Both the position numbers and the translations under genes were made by a program. The notes beneath the pieces were generated by a model. The model saw only the letters and a list, made by a program, of their open reading frames with translations. It had not been told where the DNA came from and did not search any database. From Acidobacteriota bacterium (GTDB taxonomy: Bacteria > Acidobacteriota > UBA6911): 64,000 nucleotides of DNA. The DNA is taken from NCBI GenBank assembly GCA_016934295.1, contig JAFGTD010000101.1, positions 12,334 to 76,333 of the forward strand, given 5' to 3'. Position 1 is the first letter of the stretch. Every line of letters begins with the position of its first letter. Shown piece by piece: positions 58,399 through 64,000 of this stretch.

Positions 58399-60804
58399 AT
58401 GAAAAAACGTCCTTTATATTTTGCCACTGCTCTGATTCTATGCTGTATCCCTCTTATTTCCGCCCAGTATGACGGAACCGAACCGGAGCCGCAAGAGTCC
58501 GGAGAACCTTCAAAAATAAAAGTTGAAATCGAACTGATGGAAGTTCAGGCCATTGTGACGGACCGCGAGGGCCGGGCTGTGGAAGATCTCGGGAAAGAAG
58601 ATTTTGAACTTCAGGAAAACGGCGTGCCGCAGGAGATCAGCTTTTTTACCGTTTCAAAGATTGAAGCCGGCAGCATCCGGCCTGAATCGGTTGAAGCAGA
58701 ACGGGAAAAAGGATCCGATGACGCGGGGGAAGCCGCGAATGGATCCGCCATCGGTCAGGAGGCGGAGGCCACCGTGCGAAGCGCTCCGGCGCATTTGAGA
58801 GAACCGCCCGTTCGAACCACCCTGCTGTATGTGGATAACCTGCACATGTCCTTTTCAAGCCTAAACTGGGTGAAACAGGCGCTGCATCGTTTCATAAACG
58901 AGCAGATGACCGAACAGGATGTGGTCGCACTGGCTGCCAGCCACACCCTCGGCGTCTCACAGCAGTTTACGCGAGACAGGCAGCTTCTGCATTACGCGGT
59001 CGAGCAAATGCGATTCGGGTCCCAAAACAGCAGTAGTTATTTTACCCCGAATATTGCTGCAGGCGTCCTGGACGAACGCCAGGACGCGCTCAGGCTTGCG
59101 GTGGATATCGTGCGAATAGAAGATAAAATCGAATGTCCCTGCTCTCTGCTGTTGCAGCTCGCAAGAACCAGGGCCCGGCAGATTCTTTCACAGACAACCA
59201 ATACCAGGAGGAATACTCTCGCGATTCTCGGGGATTATGCTGGACGCATGGTCGATCTTCCCGGAAAGCGAATGATCGTGGTATTTTCCGACGGTTTCAC
59301 CATGCGCGACAGCATGGGTGGAGTGAACCAGGATGCACTTCATTCCGCCATAAACCGCGCCGTCCGTTCGGGTGTCGTGATCTATTCCATCGATGCGGCC
59401 GGAGTGCATCTTCCACCGACAGTGGACGCCAGCCGCAGTCGTCCCGCACAGGGTTTCAGTGACGAGGGCCTGATGAGCTGTTATAGGGAGTGCGAACATG
59501 GATCATCCCCCTTTATTGAGGAGTGTATAGAGCAGGGAGCGGGCGGTGCAGATCCTAGACTATGCTGCATGAAAAAGTGTATGGAGAAGTTCCCCGGTAC
59601 TTCCTGTCCTGAGGATAAAAATGCGGGCCCGAATCCACTCTGCTTTTCCCCGGGGGCCGGGATGCTGGAAGTGTACGCAAGCGAATTTGAGCAGGAGCAG
59701 CTTAACGGGCTTCATAGGATGGCGGAGGAAACCGGCGGTAAAATGTACAGCGGCACCAACAATCTCAATAAAGTACTGGGGCAGGCATTCGATGCCAACG
59801 GCTACTATTACGTCCTTTCCTACTACCCGCCGGAAAGGGACGACAGGGACAGGTTTAGAGACATCAAAGTGCGTGTTCCCAATCACCCCGAATACACCAT
59901 CCGGGCACCCAGAGGTTTTCGTCTGTCGGATACAAAAATTGAGTTTACAGCCGCAGAGGAAGACACGCCTCAACGGCGTCTTCTCACGGCAATGCAGGCG
60001 CCTTTGCCCATAACCGATCTGGGGGTTTCCGCTCAGGCGGATTTCATTGAAACCGAGAGGGACGGCAACCGGGTATCCCTCACTGTTTACTTTGAAGGCG
60101 ACCGGTTTCAGTACCGGTCGCTGGAACGGCGCAATGCCTTCAAACTCGAAATTCTGTCGGTCTTCTATGATTCTTCCGGAAAGCAGGTGGAAGGAATCTC
60201 CGCGCAGGTGGAAGGAAAATTGACCCAGTATGGCATGGAACAGGCCAGGAAGAGCGGTTACCGGTTTTGCCGACGCTTGCCGCTGGAGCCGGGTGTTTAT
60301 CAGGCACGCATCGGCGTCCGTGAGGAAGGAACGGATCGCATTGGAACGGCCTCAACTTGGGTCGAGGTGCCGGAAATCTCCGATGACAGGCTGGAAATGA
60401 GCAGCCTGATACTCTGCAATCCTCTCGATGCCGATCCTATCGGGGAAGAGGGTATCCGGGTGGGCAAACTGGAACAGGTCAAAATGGTGCAGGGAGTTCC
60501 AATGTATGAGAGGGACGATATTTTCTATTATATTTTCCGCATCCACCGGGCCATGGATGCTCAAGCCGGTTCAGGGATTCAATGGATGTGGGAAGTGCTG
60601 CAGGGCGGCCATCCGATTATGCAGGTGCCGTGGACTGAGATAACGGAGGAAGAACTGGATACGGACAGCAAAGGATGGGCCGATCTGGACGGCGAGGTGG
60701 ATATCCGCGAATTCGATACCGGCGTCTACGAACTGCGCGTCAGTGTGAAGGATATCGAATCAAACAGGACAGTTACGCGTACGGCATCCTTTGGGATACT
60801 GTAA
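58399..60804 (+). CDS. VWA-domain protein with N-terminal VWFA-related (TIGR03436-type, Acidobacteria-associated) domain and a Cys-rich insertion
   Basis: Signal peptide. IKVEIELMEVQAIVTDREGRAVEDLGKEDFELQENGVPQEISFF matches the TIGR03436 N-terminus. VWA region (MIVVFSDG). Insert with 9 Cys (CYRECEHG...CIEQG...LCCMKKCMEKFPGTSCPEDK...LCF). Confidence 0.6.
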   Translation: MKKRPLYFATALILCCIPLISAQYDGTEPEPQESGEPSKIKVEIELMEVQAIVTDREGRAVEDLGKEDFELQENGVPQEISFFTVSKIEAGSIRPESVEAEREKGSDDAGEAANGSAIGQEAEATVRSAPAHLREPPVRTTLLYVDNLHMSFSSLNWVKQALHRFINEQMTEQDVVALAASHTLGVSQQFTRDRQLLHYAVEQMRFGSQNSSSYFTPNIAAGVLDERQDALRLAVDIVRIEDKIECPCSLLLQLARTRARQILSQTTNTRRNTLAILGDYAGRMVDLPGKRMIVVFSDGFTMRDSMGGVNQDALHSAINRAVRSGVVIYSIDAAGVHLPPTVDASRSRPAQGFSDEGLMSCYRECEHGSSPFIEECIEQGAGGADPRLCCMKKCMEKFPGTSCPEDKNAGPNPLCFSPGAGMLEVYASEFEQEQLNGLHRMAEETGGKMYSGTNNLNKVLGQAFDANGYYYVLSYYPPERDDRDRFRDIKVRVPNHPEYTIRAPRGFRLSDTKIEFTAAEEDTPQRRLLTAMQAPLPITDLGVSAQADFIETERDGNRVSLTVYFEGDRFQYRSLERRNAFKLEILSVFYDSSGKQVEGISAQVEGKLTQYGMEQARKSGYRFCRRLPLEPGVYQARIGVREEGTDRIGTASTWVEVPEISDDRLEMSSLILCNPLDADPIGEEGIRVGKLEQVKMVQGVPMYERDDIFYYIFRIHRAMDAQAGSGIQWMWEVLQGGHPIMQVPWTEITEEELDTDSKGWADLDGEVDIREFDTGVYELRVSVKDIESNRTVTRTASFGIL

Positions 60805-61125
60805 AAACCCGGGTCAAGCCCGGTGCTCCATTTCCCTTAAAGAGAATCCTTTCGATTTCAGCAGATTCGCAACTTTAATTCCGCACCACATACGAATCTT
60901 TTATTATTATAAGATAATCTAATGCTATTTTTAATTAATTTTAGTTGAATGCATACCTGTAACGAATACCATCGTCGTGGCGCGGCAAGGTACGAGAACA
61001 TTAATGACAGCGGAAAAATTCTTATGGAATGTGTTAAATGCACCTCTTGGAGAGCACGGTGAATGCTTTCAGGCAGGAATGAAGTCAAGGTGGATGTTTA
61101 AGACTATGTGAAGAAGGAGATGTTT

Positions 61126-63045
61126 ATGAGTATGGGTTTTCGTACAAGATGGTCGCGGGTATTGATTGTTTTAATGGTAATGGCTCTTGTTAATCTGTCA
61201 GGCTGCGGGTGGTTTTTTTCGGACGAGGACGACGAAGAGGATCCCATTGAAGAAACCGTATCTTATACCCTGACGGTCCAGACTGTAGGCACGGGTACCG
61301 GCACGACCACTCCTGGTGCCGGAGTGCATGCGTATGATGAAGGAACCGTAGTGGACATCAGTGCTGGTGCCTCGGCTTCCTCGGTTTTCAGCGGATGGAG
61401 CGGCGATGTGGATGCGGGCGGAAATACAGTTACAATGGACGGCGACAAAACGATAACCGCAACTTTTACCCTTAAGACTTTTACCATAGTCGCAACTGAC
61501 GGTGAAAACGGAACTGTCGATCCAAACGGCAGTGTCACGGTGAACTACGGCAGCGACCGGAGCTTTATCCTTACCCCGGATGTGGATTACGAAGTGGATA
61601 CGGTTACCGTGGACGGTCAGCCCGTTAACATTACAGGAAATTCCTATACCTTTACGAATGTTACGGCCGACCACACAATTGATGTGACTTTCAGGGCTTC
61701 AGTGGTAGAAACGGCCTGGTCCAAAACCTATGGTCACGCCGACTGGGATGTCGAATACCACACCTATGGATTGGATGTTACGGATGACGGGGGTTATGTT
61801 TTCGTTTCCCAGCAATCCGATACCCTGACGACGAGTTACGCTTACGACTTCTGGGTAGTCCGGCTGGACGCCAACGGAAACATCCTTTGGGAGAAGGGCA
61901 TCGGCAGCACGGAATCCGATGGAGACGATCAACCTTATGCGGTGCACCAGACGTCCGACGGCGGCTTTATTGTGGCCGGTGAAACCTATTCTTTCGAAAC
62001 CGGCGGCCATTATAATGATGCCTGGGTAATCAAATTAACAAGTTCCGGGAATATCGAGTGGCAGTATACCTACGGCGACACCGGAGCCGATGCAGCCAGG
62101 GATCTGAAGGAGACTTTCAACAGTCAGGGCGATTCCACGGGATTTCTGTTTGTCGGATATACAAATTCCTTCGGAGCCGGCGGGCGCGATGTCTGGCTCG
62201 TAAAGCTCAACAACTCAGGCATTGTGGAAAAGGAGTATGCCCTTGGAGGCGGCGGCGATGAATACGGCCGGGCTTTTTCCGTCACGCTGGACGGAGGATT
62301 CGTTCTAGTGGCGGACACCCAGTCGTTCGGCGCCGGGGAACGGGATGTCTGGGTCGTTAAGTTTGACAGCTCTTACAGCGTACAGTGGGAAAAGACTTTC
62401 GGCGGATTGCAAAGAGAAATGCCCACTTCTATCGAATGTACCGATGATGGCGGTTATGTGGTGGGTGCCTATTCGGAATCTTTTGGCGCCGGTGAATATG
62501 ATTTCTGGGCGTTTAAGCTGGATTCCGCGGGCGATGTGGTCTGGCAGTACAGCTACGGCGGATCCGATACCGATACGGCACAGGACCTGGCAAAGACCGA
62601 TGACGGCGGATACATCATGACCGGCTGGACATTGTCGTTCGATGTGGATTCCTATGATGCATGGGTTGTCAAACTCGACGATGACGGCCTGATTCAATGG
62701 CAGAAGAGCTACAATGTCGTTTACGATGACGGCGCTGCCTACGACGGCAATGAATGGGCTTATAGAATTGTTCAGGCACCGGACGGCGGATATGCGGTTT
62801 CCGGAGACAGCGGCGACCTGAGTGTCCGCCAGGAAGATGTTTGGATTTTCAAGACCGATTCCACAGGTGCCCTTGGTAGTGGTATGACGACGGATACCAC
62901 CGCGACTGAAAATGCAACGGCTACGACTGCCGGCGACACCTTCGGATTATCCTCCCTGGCAGCAACCAGTGCAGTCAGGGCCGCCACCCCATGTATCGGG
63001 TATGATGTTACTCCCGACGTAAATACCCAGTATGAGGTGCCGTAG
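61126..63045 (+). CDS. lipoprotein with two InlB-B-repeat-like Ig domains followed by about 7 SBBP-type beta-propeller repeats
   Basis: Lipobox LVNLSGC. Repeated W-x-x-YGG-x-x-D-x-A ... DGGY ... G-x-T-x-SFGAG-x-x-D-x-W-x-x-KL units. Start at MSMGF behind AAGGAG; the track start at 61108 is 6 codons upstream. Confidence 0.6.
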   Translation: MSMGFRTRWSRVLIVLMVMALVNLSGCGWFFSDEDDEEDPIEETVSYTLTVQTVGTGTGTTTPGAGVHAYDEGTVVDISAGASASSVFSGWSGDVDAGGNTVTMDGDKTITATFTLKTFTIVATDGENGTVDPNGSVTVNYGSDRSFILTPDVDYEVDTVTVDGQPVNITGNSYTFTNVTADHTIDVTFRASVVETAWSKTYGHADWDVEYHTYGLDVTDDGGYVFVSQQSDTLTTSYAYDFWVVRLDANGNILWEKGIGSTESDGDDQPYAVHQTSDGGFIVAGETYSFETGGHYNDAWVIKLTSSGNIEWQYTYGDTGADAARDLKETFNSQGDSTGFLFVGYTNSFGAGGRDVWLVKLNNSGIVEKEYALGGGGDEYGRAFSVTLDGGFVLVADTQSFGAGERDVWVVKFDSSYSVQWEKTFGGLQREMPTSIECTDDGGYVVGAYSESFGAGEYDFWAFKLDSAGDVVWQYSYGGSDTDTAQDLAKTDDGGYIMTGWTLSFDVDSYDAWVVKLDDDGLIQWQKSYNVVYDDGAAYDGNEWAYRIVQAPDGGYAVSGDSGDLSVRQEDVWIFKTDSTGALGSGMTTDTTATENATATTAGDTFGLSSLAATSAVRAATPCIGYDVTPDVNTQYEVP

Positions 63046-63135
63046 GGATCTCCTCATCGGGCACGCAACAATAACAAACCGTTCGTCCAGGCCCGACTTG
63101 CTGCGAAAAACGGATTAATCTCTGGAGGATCCTGT

Positions 63136-63579
63136 ATGAAAGTGCCGCAATACATCACGGTTGAAGAAGTCAGGAGTGTTTGCAGGGAATTGAAAATCAG
63201 AGACTGGACAAAACTCAAGGAAGCCCGAGTCCTTCCCCGGGAGGCTAAAACAATTTTGGCTCTGGTGAACAAATCGAAGATGAAAATAGATCTCGACGAT
63301 TTCCGTTCAGGGCTGGAGGTCGAACTGGAACATGGCTGTACGTTCAAGGATGCCAACGTCACCAATAATCATCCAATCCTTACGGGACTCATCGTGATGG
63401 CGCATTTCAAGGAATCCCTGGACTACTATAAACTTCTCGAAGTGGCGGAACTGGAAGGCGATCTTGTGAAGGCGGTCCGTGCAGGCAATACCTCAAAAAT
63501 TAAAAAATATTACAAGAAACTGTCTGCGGCAAGAATCGTCTTGAGTCAGGCGGAGCTGAAACGGTTGGGAGCAAAGTAG
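63136..63579 (+). CDS. hypothetical protein
   Basis: 147-aa ORF with GGAGGA RBS. No family recognised. Confidence 0.4.
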   Translation: MKVPQYITVEEVRSVCRELKIRDWTKLKEARVLPREAKTILALVNKSKMKIDLDDFRSGLEVELEHGCTFKDANVTNNHPILTGLIVMAHFKESLDYYKLLEVAELEGDLVKAVRAGNTSKIKKYYKKLSAARIVLSQAELKRLGAK

Positions 63580-63712
63580 GAAGCTGTATCGACACTCCCG
63601 GGCATTCCGGCAACCATGCGGGGGAGAAGTGCATCCCGGCCCATTCCGCCACGGTGCGGAATCCTGTGAATTCCGGGGCTGCGTAAATCAGGGAAAATGC
63701 GGTCGCCCCCCA

Positions 63713-64000
63713 TTACCTGCGCCAGAATGCGCGCGTGAAAATCACCAGTACCGCATAGAACTCCAGCCGGCCGGCGAGCATACACAGGCTCAATACCCAC
63801 TTCGCAAGCATCGGCAGGTTCCCGTAATGGAACGCCGGTCCCACTTGCTCGAGTCCGGGGCCTACATTGAACATGCATGCCGCGACGGCGGAGATGCCGG
63901 TAAAAACATCAATCCCCGAAAGAGACAGCAGCAGGCAGGAAACAAAATTCGTAATGAAGGCCAGATATACCAGATTCAAAAGGCTCTGGATGGTCTGTTC
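63713..64000 (-). CDS. trkH: TrkH/KtrB-family K+ transporter, C-terminal part (gene starts beyond window end; partial)
   Basis: C-terminal sequence ...NVGPGLEQVGPAFHYGNLPMLAKWVLSLCMLAGRLEFYAVLVIFTRAFWRR matches the TrkH C-terminus (...NLGPGLG...KW.L...ML.GRLE...LVLFTP.FWR). Confidence 0.7.
   Translation of the reverse strand, partial: EQTIQSLLNLVYLAFITNFVSCLLLSLSGIDVFTGISAVAACMFNVGPGLEQVGPAFHYGNLPMLAKWVLSLCMLAGRLEFYAVLVIFTRAFWRR

Noticed and set aside
63546-63878. 110-aa minus-strand ORF at the window end
   Set aside because: It overlaps the TrkH C-terminal coding frame (which has strong family similarity) and is itself Arg/Pro-rich with no recognisable features.
1-64000. CRISPR arrays, tRNA/rRNA genes, transposases/integrases
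   Set aside because: No direct-repeat/spacer arrays of CRISPR size. No cloverleaf-like or rRNA-like stretches recognised. No ORF with transposase or recombinase motifs. The only repeats are the short heptamer/octamer tandems reported above.

Overview
GC-rich (~55%) bacterial chromosomal segment, densely coded and mostly on the minus strand. Found no rRNA, tRNA or CRISPR array and no transposase or integrase. Content in order: (a) truncated TonB-receptor-like gene; cytoplasmic molybdopterin oxidoreductase alpha/beta pair; ABC-2 exporter. (b) 2-hydroxyacid/lactate module: two Ldh_2-family dehydrogenases, GlcD/GlcF-like FAD/FeS D-2-hydroxyacid dehydrogenase, LarA-like lactate racemase, Zn-ADH, M1 peptidase. 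(c) cupin/unknown/creatininase-family operon next to an IclR regulator; its promoter-operator is duplicated upstream of one Ldh_2 gene. (d) tungsten-type aldehyde:ferredoxin oxidoreductase (AOR) followed by a MoaD/ThiS-like GG-ended small protein. (e) ~18 kb archaeal-type C1 island (25.4-43.6 kb): Fae, Mch, Mtd, Ftr plus FwdABCD-like subunits, and a set of tetrahydromethanopterin (H4MPT)/methanofuran (MFR) cofactor-biosynthesis homologues (ATP-grasp ligases, HisA-like, CitG-like, beta-RFAP-synthase-like, DUF447, DHPS-like, DmrA-like flavoprotein); a radical-SAM/HhH protein and a DinB_2 protein are embedded in it. (f) DHH phosphoesterase, DASS permeases, an unusual 366-aa Pol-beta nucleotidyltransferase, a decayed glycosidase-like gene fragment, and a second AOR paired with a Tat-signal poly-ferredoxin. 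(g) envelope proteins of Acidobacteria-like flavour (two TPR proteins, a TIGR03436-type VWA protein, an InlB-B-repeat/SBBP beta-propeller lipoprotein) and a truncated trkH. The most notable point: the FwdB homologue keeps a Cys in a CHGPS motif and an FwdD-like subunit is present. That argues for a real Mo/W formylmethanofuran dehydrogenase rather than the metal-free Fhc complex, sitting near two tungsten-type AORs. Three intergenic spacers of this island carry related tandem heptanucleotide repeats.
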